From Guillardia theta CCMP2712 (lineage: Eukaryota; Protista; Cryptophyta): a stretch of 64,000 nt of DNA. The position numbers and the translations under genes are program-made. Location of the stretch: positions 297,698-361,697 of the forward strand of contig NW_005434610.1 of the NCBI RefSeq assembly GCF_000315625.1. Direction: 5' to 3'. The notes under the pieces were generated by a model. That model was not told the DNA's origin and made no database searches. It was given only the letters and a program-made list of their open reading frames with translations. Shown here in pieces: positions 22,832-33,749 of this stretch. Position 1 is the first letter of the stretch. The number at the start of each line of letters is the position of its first letter.

Positions 22832-24370
22832 TCAATCGTATCGCTCCTCTGAACAAGTTTCCTGCTCAGGAGTTTCTCCACAGCAGCACATGTTTCTTGG
22901 AGCATCAGACCAAACTATCAACGTGAAGAACAGGTACTCGTCTTCCTTCCTGATGGCAGGACGGCCTGAGGCGTCTGACCTTGCCCAATCGAGTACCAAG
23001 TTATCTAAGAGAAATTTCGTGAACTTGCAGCATCCCATGCCTACCAAGAGGAAGTAGACGGGTGCGAGCAGCATGCTGTAGATATATGATGATAAATTTC
23101 CAATGAAGTAATTGATGATGTACTGGATCAGCAACGTCTCGACCAGAGTTTTCGTCTCTGTTGTGCAGCGGCAATTGTCAAGTTCAGCTGCAAAGCTAGG
23201 GGCCCGATCCACAAGACATCCGAACTGTAGCAATGTCGAGCAATTTTGATTGTTGATGAGCGTAGGCTTTGTCGTGGCACTGTTCCATGTCGCAGTCATG
23301 CAAGTTAAGCGTCCAGCTCCTGGCTGACCCCCAGCTGCCCAGGCGTTTAGCCCAAAGGTCGCGATGCCAAAGCGGGGAAGATGCTGATTCATGATCTTGG
23401 TAGCCATCTGGTACTCAGAGCTTTGGTTGTAGAGGGGCAGGCGACCTCCCAGCTTCGCGCAGAAGTTCGCAGCTTCCATCTGAGTTTTTGATTCACACAC
23501 GAAGATGATGGTGCCTTTGGAAGACCCAGCTGGAGCGAGCATCTGACTCGACATGGCCTGCGCAACTAGTTGGGGCTGAGAGAACACATATTGTTTGCAA
23601 TAAAATGCATCTGCGATAAAGGTCACTCCAAAGAAGCATGAGATCGCCCACAGAGCAACCGCCAGCAAGTTTCCGCTCTTCCTCAGACATCGCATACAGC
23701 ATCCCCCTTCGTCTGCCTTCGCTTTGAAGATCCTCTTCAAGAGCTCGGTCAGCATGAGAGCCTTGAGAATTGGGTTCAACAACGCGCCCATCATTTTCTT
23801 GGCGTACCACTCGGTTGGCAATTGGACCGTCATCAGAAACGCGGAATTGGTCAGAGAAACCAGGACTACATTGACCAGAACCATTAATCGTTCCCTCCTA
23901 GAGTACGCGTCGCACACCTCAGGGCGAGCAAAGAAAGGAGAGTACTCGTCGCTATCCTGTAAGTGACGGTGAATTCCCCTTAAGATGTTGATCGGGCTGT
24001 AAAACTGCCCTAGGAAGGTGCACAGTCCTATTGGACGCTCGTCGTCAGCATTGCTGTAGCTGGACATCCCTCCTGCCTCCTTCTGGAACTTTGAATTTTG
24101 TGAGATGCTGTTCGCCCGTTGTGACTTGAACGAGTTCATCTCTTGCTCCTGGGGTAGGTCCTGGGGAAAGTCCTGGGGCAGGTCCTCAGGAAAGTCCGTG
24201 GGCTGCCGTTGAATCCATGAATTATCAACATGATGGTTCGCAGAGTAGCCCATCACGAGCTCAGAACCACCATCCTGACAATACAACGACATCTCTTGCT
24301 CGATATCTGCTGAGTATTGTGGTACAACCCTTGAGGATCTCTTATTCTGTGACGTGTGATGTGGAAACAT
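22832..24370 (-). CDS. Multi-pass membrane protein with an extracellular C-type-lectin-like domain
   Basis: Hydrophobic segments (LMVLVNVVLVSL, LLAVALWAISCFFGVTFIA, YIYSMLLAPVYFLLVG). CTLD-like pattern CESKTQMEAANFCAKLGGRLP...WAAG...C...W...C...F.C. Confidence 0.55.
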   Translation of the reverse strand: MFPHHTSQNKRSSRVVPQYSADIEQEMSLYCQDGGSELVMGYSANHHVDNSWIQRQPTDFPEDLPQDFPQDLPQEQEMNSFKSQRANSISQNSKFQKEAGGMSSYSNADDERPIGLCTFLGQFYSPINILRGIHRHLQDSDEYSPFFARPEVCDAYSRRERLMVLVNVVLVSLTNSAFLMTVQLPTEWYAKKMMGALLNPILKALMLTELLKRIFKAKADEGGCCMRCLRKSGNLLAVALWAISCFFGVTFIADAFYCKQYVFSQPQLVAQAMSSQMLAPAGSSKGTIIFVCESKTQMEAANFCAKLGGRLPLYNQSSEYQMATKIMNQHLPRFGIATFGLNAWAAGGQPGAGRLTCMTATWNSATTKPTLINNQNCSTLLQFGCLVDRAPSFAAELDNCRCTTETKTLVETLLIQYIINYFIGNLSSYIYSMLLAPVYFLLVGMGCCKFTKFLLDNLVLDWARSDASGRPAIRKEDEYLFFTLIVWSDAPRNMCCCGETPEQETCSEERYD

Positions 24371-24894
24371 CGCAAGATTCAGTAGAAAGATGGTGATGTG
24401 CCGATATTCCTCCTGCTCGATAGATTTGTGCACTGCAAGGTTCAGCTGGCGGGGTACTACCCTACAACTTAACTCTTGCGAGAAGGCCAAGCAGGGGGCC
24501 CAATGATCACCCAGTCCGTGGTTAAAATGACCCTACCCTCTCATGATGTCTTTTTTACGAGTCTGTACCGGTCAAGTTACCTCAGTGGGGTCGCCTACTA
24601 CTACCCTACCGGAGGCTGGCTGCACTGCTGAATGTCGCTGCTAGGCTACCGTACCGATCTGCCCGGCTCACCCCCGGGAGCCTCGGAGTCCCCACCTGGA
24701 TTAGACCAGGGGGGGGCACGGTGGGTGGGTACGGTAGTATCTTTATTTGTGCAGGGGCCTGGGGGCCGCGACGTGTAGTAACGAGCGCCGTGAGGAGTCA
24801 CGGCGACCGTCCGACAACTTTTACAGAACAAGAATAAGGTATCAGTTAAGTTTGGGGGACTCCGGGACAGCAGTTGGCAGGATTAGGTTTGGTT

Positions 24895-25002
24895 CTCGCT
24901 GTCTTTTCTCTCAGTCTCGCCGTATGGCCTGTGCGACAGTAGGGTCAACTCATGATTGTCCTGGTACTGATTTTTGAGTTAACTTTGAGTAAAGGGGTCA
25001 AG
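24895..25002 (+). repeat. Composite dispersed repeat: CTCGCTGTCTTTTCTC...GGGTCAA module plus motif copy 2
   Basis: 24895-24948 resembles 48275-48328, and 24949-25002 resembles 58413-58465. Confidence 0.8.
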
Positions 25003-25155
25003 AACAAGGCCCGTTAAAAGCCTCCGACCGCGACGGTTCCGAGTTCCTAGCTCACAGAGCCGCTGAATACCTTGAAAAGAATTTGATATTTTCAAGTTAA
25101 ATTGCAAACAGTAAGAGTATTTTTGGAGGAAGATACCGAATCTTCATTTCAAATC

Positions 25156-28100
25156 ATGGCAGGGCATGCGCTGGGGATGGGATCGTCAGACTCTGACGCA
25201 CTTTTAAAGCGGCGCGAACCCGAATGTGTAGGCAACATCTAAGCATCGAGAAACATCTCTCAATCTCGCGGAGTATAACCGCCACTCTGCTTGCGTGAGT
25301 GCTTTGTTGGAGAGTTGTGTAGCAGTTGGGGGCGTTCAGATGTTATTTAATGATGACGGAAAATACTCTGAAAACCCAATCAACAATCAACTAAGATGGA
25401 TAGAAAATACGGATGGAAAAAATTACGTTGATATGTTGCGTATGGTGCATGCTGAGTTGAAAGGCATGCAAGTATGCGAGATGTTGTCTTTCTTGAAGAC
25501 CTACAAATCAAGAATGTCAACATTTGGCACATACATTCAGCTATCGGAGCCAACCTTCACCGATCAACTACGGGAATTTAGACGCAAAATAAAAATGTCG
25601 AAAGGGATCTTGGACAATTTCAATTCGCGAAGTTCAGAAGCAGTCATTATCGAAGAATATGGGACAATGGTGATTACAGCTGGCAAAAGCCAGTTGAAAG
25701 ACGGTCTGCAACCAGGAGACCGTGTTCAGTTTGAAATAGAAGAGATTGATGGAAGGTTAACGGCTCTCAAGGTCACGAAGGCTCATGAAAGCGACCATTC
25801 GTCCGATGAAGTTTTGCTATGCACCCGGGGTCACTATCGCCCTCGTTATGGCCTTCATAAGCCTGAGATTGTCCCTCCTGAATTGCTCATGATGAGTAAA
25901 GATGAAGCTGAGAAAGTTATCGAGCTCACAAATCAAATCAAGCAGTCGACACATCAACCATATCAAAATCAACAAGATTTTGAGATTCCGTTTATGGACA
26001 AGTCCTATGCAGTCAAGAGAGTAAAAGACAAGCTTCCTCCACCTGATTCTTTCTTCAAAACCTCAAGATTTCATTCATCAAATGTGCTTGAAGCTTCAGG
26101 AGAGCTCCAACAGATGAGGTTTTCCCTCCATATAACAACCCAGCATCAAAGACCGTCTGATTTCTGTGCAGGCAGCAGATGGCAGAAAAGGCTGTCAAGG
26201 TAAGTCAGTTGACGGACTTCGCATGATCGTCGTCACGTTTGCTATGCGCAGGGTTGGAGAGCTCACACAGCAAAGACTGCCCTGACCTCAACAGTCATCC
26301 CCGCCCTCCGAGATAAGGTCAAGCCAGAGATGTGCTCAGTAGAATTCGCCAAGATGTACGAGATGCTTTCCGCTTACCAACTCATTCGTAGCCCAGCAGA
26401 CCATGGAAAGTTTGTCTCGTTGCATCTTTGTGAAGCTCCAGGAGCATTTGTCTCAGCAACACATCATTATATTCAAAGCAAACTCACAGGGACCCGATGG
26501 GATTGGGTCGCTTCTTCTCTTAATCCTCACTTCGAAGGGAACGGCACGAAAGACATGGTATCCAACAAGCCTTATTGGCGATCATTGCTGACATGTGTTA
26601 CATTCTAGATCACCGAGGACATCTTGATCAACGAGACGGGACATCACTGGTACTTCGGCCCTGACAACAGCGGCGACGTGCGGCTTCGTGAGAATATTGA
26701 AGGGATATGGGAGATGCTGAGTCGCAGAGGCACGGTAATGCTGGTGACTGCTGATGGCTGCAGTGGCGACACGTTAGAACTCGAGGAGCATCAGGACATT
26801 GACCACCAGCTGCAGTTCTGTGAAGCTGTGACAGCGATGGGATCGTTAAGCGAGGGAGGACACTTTGTCCTCAAGATGTCAAACCTCTGCGATCACGCGA
26901 GCGTCTGTCTGGTTTATCTTCTCTCCTCCTTCTTCAAGCAGACGTCTATCTGCAAGCCAACCATGAGCGACTCGAGCGGCTGCGAGACTTACCTGGTGTG
27001 CCAGGGGTTTGAGGGCATACCAGCAGAATACTTGTATGCTCTGCTAGCTCGTACCGGCGAGTCCTGGCCGTGCGGTGAAGATGGGTCAGAGCTTGCAATG
27101 ATGGCGAAGGATGACATGGATGCCTCGTGGATCGATCACTTCATGCTCGGTGCGAAATATTTCACTGAGCTTCAAGCGGCTGATATCAGAAGAAACCTGA
27201 GACTGTTTGAATACTTCCCTGACAGCGAGTCTTGCCGTATTGATCTAGCAAGGAAACTGATCGCACATGAGTGGATGCGAAGGTTCGGCATATCTGCCAT
27301 CGATGAAAGGGAGCGACTCATGAGGATGGGAAACGTCAATCTCCTGGTAGACTTTATTATGAACGTCCAGCTTCCAAAATATCGGACCCCTCCTCACAGC
27401 GTCACATTGTTGGGCACCAACGTGCCGGTTGAAAGATGCCACCTGAAAATTTTCATCAAAGCAAGGGTTCAGGGTTCGGACAGTTTTGCTCCTGTCATCG
27501 TTGTCGATGGGTCGAATCTCAAGTCCCTTCACTCACAAGTGGATCATGAAAGAGCCTATCAAGACTGTTATCGCCTTTTCCTGAGGCTCTGGAAGGACCT
27601 TCTAGTTGGATGCGGCCATGATCAACAAGCGAAGATCATCTTTGTCTTTGATGGTGTTCCAGATGCAGAAGATGCCGGTCAAGAAAAACATTTCTGTAAG
27701 TTCAAATACATCCAAGAGCTGTCTCAGAATGTCAAAGTTACTTCGACGGCACAAAAAAACAGGGAAAGCCTGTTGGAATCATTGAGTATCGGTGACACAA
27801 AAGCTGATGTGATGATGAAGAAACGAGTGATGGTAGGAGCCATTGAAAGTCTCAGAAGGAAGACTGGAGCTCGATTGGAAATGTATCACTCAGGCTCTAG
27901 AGAACTTCAGAATGCCGACAACGTAGTTTTGTTGTTCGCCCACAAGCACAATGCTGCACTCATATGGTCTGGAGATAAAGACTTCTTGTTCATGGACGTC
28001 GCTGTTATGACCGACTTTGACTGTTCAGGAGCTGCTGCCATCGTCTTACCTAGTACCGTCAAGACCACATTCAACGTTCAGCACAGGAATCATCTCTATG

Positions 28101-29768
28101 CTCTAGGAAATATCCAAGGGAACGACAGTTACATGTTGAAGCATACAAGGAAAAAGAAGCAAGAAGAAGCTACATATTGGAACACACGTAGCCTCGATCT
28201 TTTTGAAGATGCGTTCAAAACTTCAGTACCTTGGTCGCAAGTGCAGAGCAAATATGATGAAATACTGAACTCCCTTCGAGAAAAGGTGAAGTCTCTGGCA
28301 AAAATTTGGCAAGGAATCGGAGAAAAACTTCATCTTGATCGTTGCCTGTCAGAGGAAAAAGACAGCCCCACCTCTCACAACAGGTTTCTTGCCGACATCA
28401 TTCAGCGCCATGCTTCAAGGAACGATGATCAACACGATGATTATCGACAGTTGGAGCTCGCAGTCGCTGAGCTGAGCCTACTGGTGAATGAAGTCGCGCT
28501 GGCTCGAACAGCGCGAGGGCTCTTGCCCGATGACTCAAGCGACATGCCACTGACTCCTCACGTGCTTACGAGCAAGTGTAGTGGAGATGTATTTGAGATC
28601 TTGAAAGAGAACATGAAACAGTCTTATTGTCTTAAGCTTCAGAAAGTCTTTGTTATCAGTTCTTCAAGTGATACGAACCTTGCAAGCGAGCGAGCAATCA
28701 CGAACTTCATAGAGGCTTTTCTTAGGTATGGTATTGAGAATCGTCTTTTCAGCTTGGCATCGGCTCGTCACTTCTGGTGGCCCACCAACAGCTTTCAGCC
28801 GATTGAAAGAGAAGAGAGTCAAAGTTTCCTAGGCTGGACATTCTCAATCAGGACGAGACTGTACGCTTGGATGTTCAGGCACGCTGAAGACGACCTTTAC
28901 ATCGAGGAGGAGCGTTTCTGTGGTAAGAAGAAGTTCAACATACAAGGCATACGGGAAGATAGTCGCAAGTTTCTTGATCTCGTCGACAGTCATCGTCTTC
29001 CTTCAGTCACCGACGTATGGAGCAGCGACGATTGGACGCTGAAAGAAAGACTGACAGTCGCACATCTGATCCTTACAGGCGAATACCCGCAGAAAGACCT
29101 GAATGTTTACATTGCCGCCGCCGATGATCTATGGCTCTACTGGCATGACGTGGCGAAGGAGCTCACGACAAGTATGCTGGAAGATCATCCAAAGGTGACT
29201 CACACTGCTAGTTGTTTTGATCTGCCTGTGATGTTGTCACGCTCTGCTGCTAGTGATCCTTTCGATGACTAATTGTTCTCTTTACACGCAGAAGGAATCC
29301 ATCATCAGGGAGATCGATTGTTTCATTTCATCAACATCCTCCTTGTCCAAGGCTTACAGCACTGAGGCACTAGTCGACACATATTCCTGGCTGCAAGTCA
29401 TACTTTACCATGTCTTCTTTTTCGTGTCGGGGATGTGCAGAATTGAAATGCCTGAGCAGATCAGGTTGCACATCCCAACCTTCAATCACAGAAAAGTCAA
29501 ACGTCTGCATGAGAGGTCAAGCTTGGTGAATTTTCCTTACGATGAAGGAAATGATGTCAATTGGGAGTGGTATGAGGTTGATGAACAACCATCAAAGCGA
29601 CACAAGGCTGAAGTTAAGTACAAGATGGAGGACACGAGCATGTCTATTTGCCAGAAAGCATCTAGACATGGTGGCAAGAGAGGAAGGCTTCAAGCCAAAC
29701 CAGTCGAAGCTTTCCCGGGATCATTCAAGCAATCAAAAGCGAATACAGGGAGGTCGCAGAGGGATTAA
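25156..29768 (+). CDS. CMTR2/FTSJD1-like cap 2'-O-methyltransferase fused to a cold-shock-like motif and a PIN/XPG-like nuclease domain, multi-exon
   Basis: FtsJ-type K-D-K-E context: EFAKMYEML, LHLCEAPGAFVSA, WDWVASSLNPHFEGN, WYFGPDNSGD, LVTADG, GGHFVLKM, KP..S...CETYLVC. C-terminal PIN-like motifs: VIVVDGSNL, IIFVFDG, NADNVV, IWSGDKDFL, GNDSY. N-terminal OB/CSD-like LQPGDRVQFEIEE..GRLTALKV. Start and end are tentative. Confidence 0.8.
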
Positions 29769-29961
29769 AAAGGTATGAACAAGGTAGGCGAGCGAGCTTG
29801 GAGAAAAGTTAGCGCCAGGATTTCCTTCTGAACCTTTCAAGTCCAGACCTCGCAAGTGAACCTCGTAGTCCATCGAGTCTGATGGAAGTGTCAAGTATGT
29901 CATTATGGGAGGGTGTGCAAGCAAGACATGGCGAGCGAAAGGACAATTGATTGACTGGGTT

Positions 29962-30140
29962 GTGCTTGTCAAGAACATTTATTAGCTAAACGACACAAAA
30001 CATAAAATTTCAAAATTCTAAATTTTCCGTCGAAATTATGGATCATTGAAGACCCACACGCCAATATTTCCTTGTGTCTGACTCGTACTTCATCCTTTCT
30101 ATGAAGAACAGGTTGAAGTATAACCAGACCCATGTGTGAT
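29962..30140 (-). ncRNA. Putative Fanzor omega-RNA (scaffold plus flanking guide)
   Basis: Immediately 3' of the Fanzor stop. Nested complementary segments: 30055-59/30134-38, 30076-80/30125-29, 30088-93/30101-06, 30111-14/30122-25, and an alternative 30086-92/30114-20. It runs to the element end. Boundaries are inferred. Confidence 0.6.
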
Positions 30141-32068
30141 TCAAGGCCGTTTCAGAAAATCTGGTCGTGCTGGTAGAGACATGTAGCACAATAGAATATT
30201 CATAGCAGCATTGACATCACGAGACTTGATACGGTTTTGAACACAATTGGTGGATCTGCACCATTTCAAACCCCGCACCACTGACACTTCGTCAGCAAGT
30301 ATACCATTCTTGTTGATTTGTTTGCGTCTCAAATCATACAATTCTTGATGACATTGATTGCAACATTTTGTCGTTCTGTATTCATCAACTGCCGTCACCT
30401 CGAAGAAGTTCTGACATCGCCTTTTGATCCATTTTACAGGCACTGACTTCTCTCCACGCCCAGTACAACCGAATGATGCATCACCGTATGCAATTATTGG
30501 ATTTTGATCTGTCCCATTACCTTTCATCTTCTTGAAGAACGTATCAATCGCCTTGTGTTTGTGGATGTAGTTATCCATCTTCAGGCGTGCGAACTTGTTT
30601 TGACAATTGTGTTCGAACAGGATCTCGCTTAGTCTCACCACGGTGTCGATGTATCTTTCAAAGTGATCCAACCGAGACGTTTTTGCTGACACTCTTGCAA
30701 TATCGTTTGATTCTTCTGTTATGCCTTGTCTCCATTTTTCTAACTTGGCGTTATTCCGAGTAATATGAGACTCATGATAGTACTGCCTTCGAGTATATCG
30801 ATACTGCTTTGGTTTTTCTTGACCAGGTATTTGCTCGACACCGCATATCAGTACATTGCGACCAGGATCGATTGCAATAACTCGTCTTGATGACACATCA
30901 CAATCTCTTGTTTTGCTTTTCTTTGTAGTAGTATTGTCTGTCTCATTGTGTATTCTCTTCTTGAACGTCACACAGAGTGCGACTCCGTCAGTCTGTATGC
31001 TATCAACTGTCCCTTTCTTTCTCAAATTTGATTGTAGCTTCAACACCGACAAGAATCGCTTATGTTTTTGTTGTATGAACTTTTTCATGCATTTGCTTTT
31101 CCCACCCTTTGAATATTGCAACAGACCAGATTGATCCATAATGTAGAATAAACCCCAAATGTCTACGCGAATAAATTGTTTGCGTATCTGAAAAATCGGA
31201 GCGATCGTGTATCGATCAGATATATCATGAATCTCCAAAAACCTCAGAACCGAAAAATGGTACTTGACAAGATTTGGCATGTGTAATTGCATCCATTTTT
31301 GCTGTTCAGGGTTTTTCTTGATTTTGTCACGGGCCCATGACAAGTTATAATGATTGTCCCATCCAATGATCTCTTTTTGTTCCCTTATGAAATCAATGAC
31401 ATCCTGTCTTTCGAGAACACGAGTTTTTGGTGGAAAGCTCCATCCGTTTACTGTATTCCGTATATCCTGTATCTCCTTTTCTGAAGAAATCCCATTGAGC
31501 TTTCCCCATTCCTTTATGTATCTAGTCTGTTTTGTCCCATCGTATAGAATATGTAATTTTGGAAATTTGTTGCATATTGATCAGCAGAATAGTACAGTAC
31601 TCGAATATCCCCTTCTTTCCTGCGTTGTATTGGTAGATACTTGTTCCCTTTTTCTTGCCAAAACTCGTCTAAAATATCAAACTGAATTGCATTACCTCTG
31701 CGTTTTTCACCCATCAGAAAACAGGTCCGAAAGAAAACTTTCTCTCCACCATTGGTCTTGACCGTTTCTTCTTGCATCCCTTCTTCTTTTTCTTTGTCTG
31801 TTACTTTTCTAGTACGATTGTATATCTGATCAAACAGCCTTGTAATGTACGTATCATCACCTTGCATTGAATCCTTCTCAAAACACCATAACAATAGATG
31901 ATTGAAGATGATGCTACCTCGATGGCTTATTTTGCTTATGTGTTTCACCCAATCATCAATCACACCGATCATTGTGTGATGTTTGAGATGTTTTTTCAAA
32001 CACATCTTGACAGTCGTCTGTGAATCAGAACAAGACTTTCTTTGTTTTCCTCTTTTCCTTTTCCCCAT
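30141..32068 (-). pseudogene. Fanzor1 RNA-guided RuvC endonuclease (TnpB/Cas12 relative), about 642 aa, with one -1 frameshift
   Basis: RuvC-I VIAIDPG (D 30867-30869), IIAYGDASF, RuvC-II VDEYRTT (E 30381-30383), zinc finger CCNQC...CRSTNC, RuvC-III SRDVNAAMNI (D 30216-30218). ORFs 31514-32068 and 30141-31343 join if one A is added to the A4 run at 31530-31533 (MGQKQTRYIKEW...); the downstream frame is open from 31529. Confidence 0.9.
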
Positions 32069-32210
32069 ATTTGATCAGGGTGAACGCGGGAGCTTCGGAA
32101 GGCGGGAATGAGGGAGGGAGGGAGGGAGGGCGGGAAGAAGGGAGTGATGGAAGGCGGGAGGGAGGATGGGAGGGAGGGAGAGAAGGCGGGAGGGCGGGGA
32201 AATCTTTACA

Positions 32211-32486
32211 GAGCCACAAACCTGGTACCCACCCCTACTCAAGTTCGACAGATAACAAACGGGTAGTTAGACTTCGGATGAAGGCGGGAAGGCGGGAAGG
32301 CCACAAACCTGGTACCCACCCCTACTCAAGTTCGACAGATAAACAAACGGGTAGTTAGACTTCGGATGAAGGCGGGAAGGCGGGAAGGCGGGAAATATTC
32401 GAAGTTTGTTGAGCCACAAACCTGGTACCCACCCCTACTTCTACTTTGATAGATAAACAGACGGGTGTTTAGACTTCGGAAGAATT
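32211..32486. repeat. Three 90-110-bp subterminal tandem repeats upstream of Fanzor
   Basis: ccacaaacctggtacccacccctact...gata(a)aca.acgggt..ttagacttcgga starts at about 32214, 32301 and 32414, interspersed with (GAAGGCGG)n. Confidence 0.9.
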
Positions 32487-32791
32487 GATTTGTACCGGTG
32501 GATTTGCAGGGATGTTCTTTTTTTTTAATCACAACATTCTATATTCTCGTTGCTCCTTTGTTGTTTTACCGTTCGGGGTTTGCACCACACCGCGATTTCG
32601 ACTTTTTTTTTGAGATTCTAATTTTTGGGTCACCATTGGTCATAGTGTGTCACTTAACCATTATATTAAAATCTGAATAAACTCGTGCCAATGCTTTCTG
32701 ATGAGGGCTGCTTTCATACAAGTCCGCCTCAACATTTTTATCTTTTGAATGACGTTTTTTTAGTCCAGAAATAGAGCTTTCATCAAGGCGA

Positions 32792-33131
32792 CATGTTCAG
32801 CCACCTGGCGGAGTGCGCGGACTTCATGGGGCATCACATCTGCAAGAGGGCAGTGAGGGTGGCGAGCGCCAAGCAGGTGAGCTGGGAAGATCAGATGCAG
32901 CGGTAAGCCTTCCTTCCCCTCCTTCCTCTTGAGTTGAGCCTAGGGAGGCGACCGGCTCCTACATCCGCAACGGGAGGCTGAGGGCAGACGAGAGCGCGTA
33001 CTTGAGAGGAGACGATTCAGACTGCGCGGCAAACCCTTCTTACCCCGCGGTAAGGAAGACCTAACGTTGTTTAGAGCATAACCTCTTTCGCAGTGTGCCA
33101 ATCCCTTCAAGGGACTGTTGGGTTCGGAGTG
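32792..33131 (+). CDS. Small hypothetical protein, three short exons
   Basis: MFSHLAECADFMGHHICKRAVRV..., EATGSYIRNGRLRADESAYLRG..., ANPFKGLLGSE*, separated by GT-AG introns. Confidence 0.35.
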
Positions 33132-33749
33132 AACTCTACGTTGGGGCAGGAATTTGTAGATTTGGTATCAAAGAGGGAAGAAAGCTTCTATCAATCAACA
33201 ATGAATAACATACTTACATCTATGTGCATGGATTCGATTCACTTGCTCAATGAGAAACCGAAGAACTCTGATCGACGTGTCAACAAGACAAGGCATTGAC
33301 AACACTTGTGCTCTCGTACCTCCACCTTTGTCATGCCCGGGAATGAGAGATTCGAGAGGGTTGAAAGGAGCCTTCTTCACAGAGCCAAGAGGGTCAAATT
33401 GAAACCAGCTGAAAAGAACGTCAAGGAATGAACATTCCATCCATATCATGAGTGTCGCACCTGTTCGACGTGACGGTGCCCTTGGTTTCTTCAAATCGAT
33501 GGTTTCAAACAACGAGAACAGATGGTCTCAGATTCACCTGAATCCTGTACAACAGTCGTCAGAGTTTGGAGCACTCAAGACTCAACAAGAGCAACCCACC
33601 AAGGGCAGCGGAGGTCTGCCTTCGACCTTGGGAGTGAAGAGATCTGCGTTGTTGGCGCTCAGCCCGATATCTCAACCCTGCTGATAGACCTGTCGACGGT
33701 GACGGCAGTCTCTTGGCCAGTTGCGGGTTCATGTTAGATCTGAAGGGGA

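Larger units (their letters stand above)
29983..32660 (-). mobile_element. Non-autonomous Fanzor1-carrying DNA transposon, about 2.68 kb
   Basis: TTAT direct repeat at 29979-29982 and 32661-32664. Imperfect TIRs: tagctaaacgacaca vs reverse complement of the other end tggttaagtgacaca (11/15, all mismatches transitions). Inverted subterminal GTCGAAAT at 30029-30036 and 32595-32602. AT-rich intronless Fanzor ORF; no transposase encoded. Confidence 0.75.

Noticed and set aside
30141-32068. Bacterial TnpB/IS605 contamination, or two separate genes
   Set aside because: It is embedded among intron-rich genes, has Fanzor1-type length and motifs (AYGD...VDEYRTT), and the two ORFs join through one frameshift.
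32211-32486. CRISPR-like array next to a Cas12-related nuclease
   Set aside because: The units are tandem repeats without unique spacers and lie upstream of the ORF. They are better explained as subterminal repeats.
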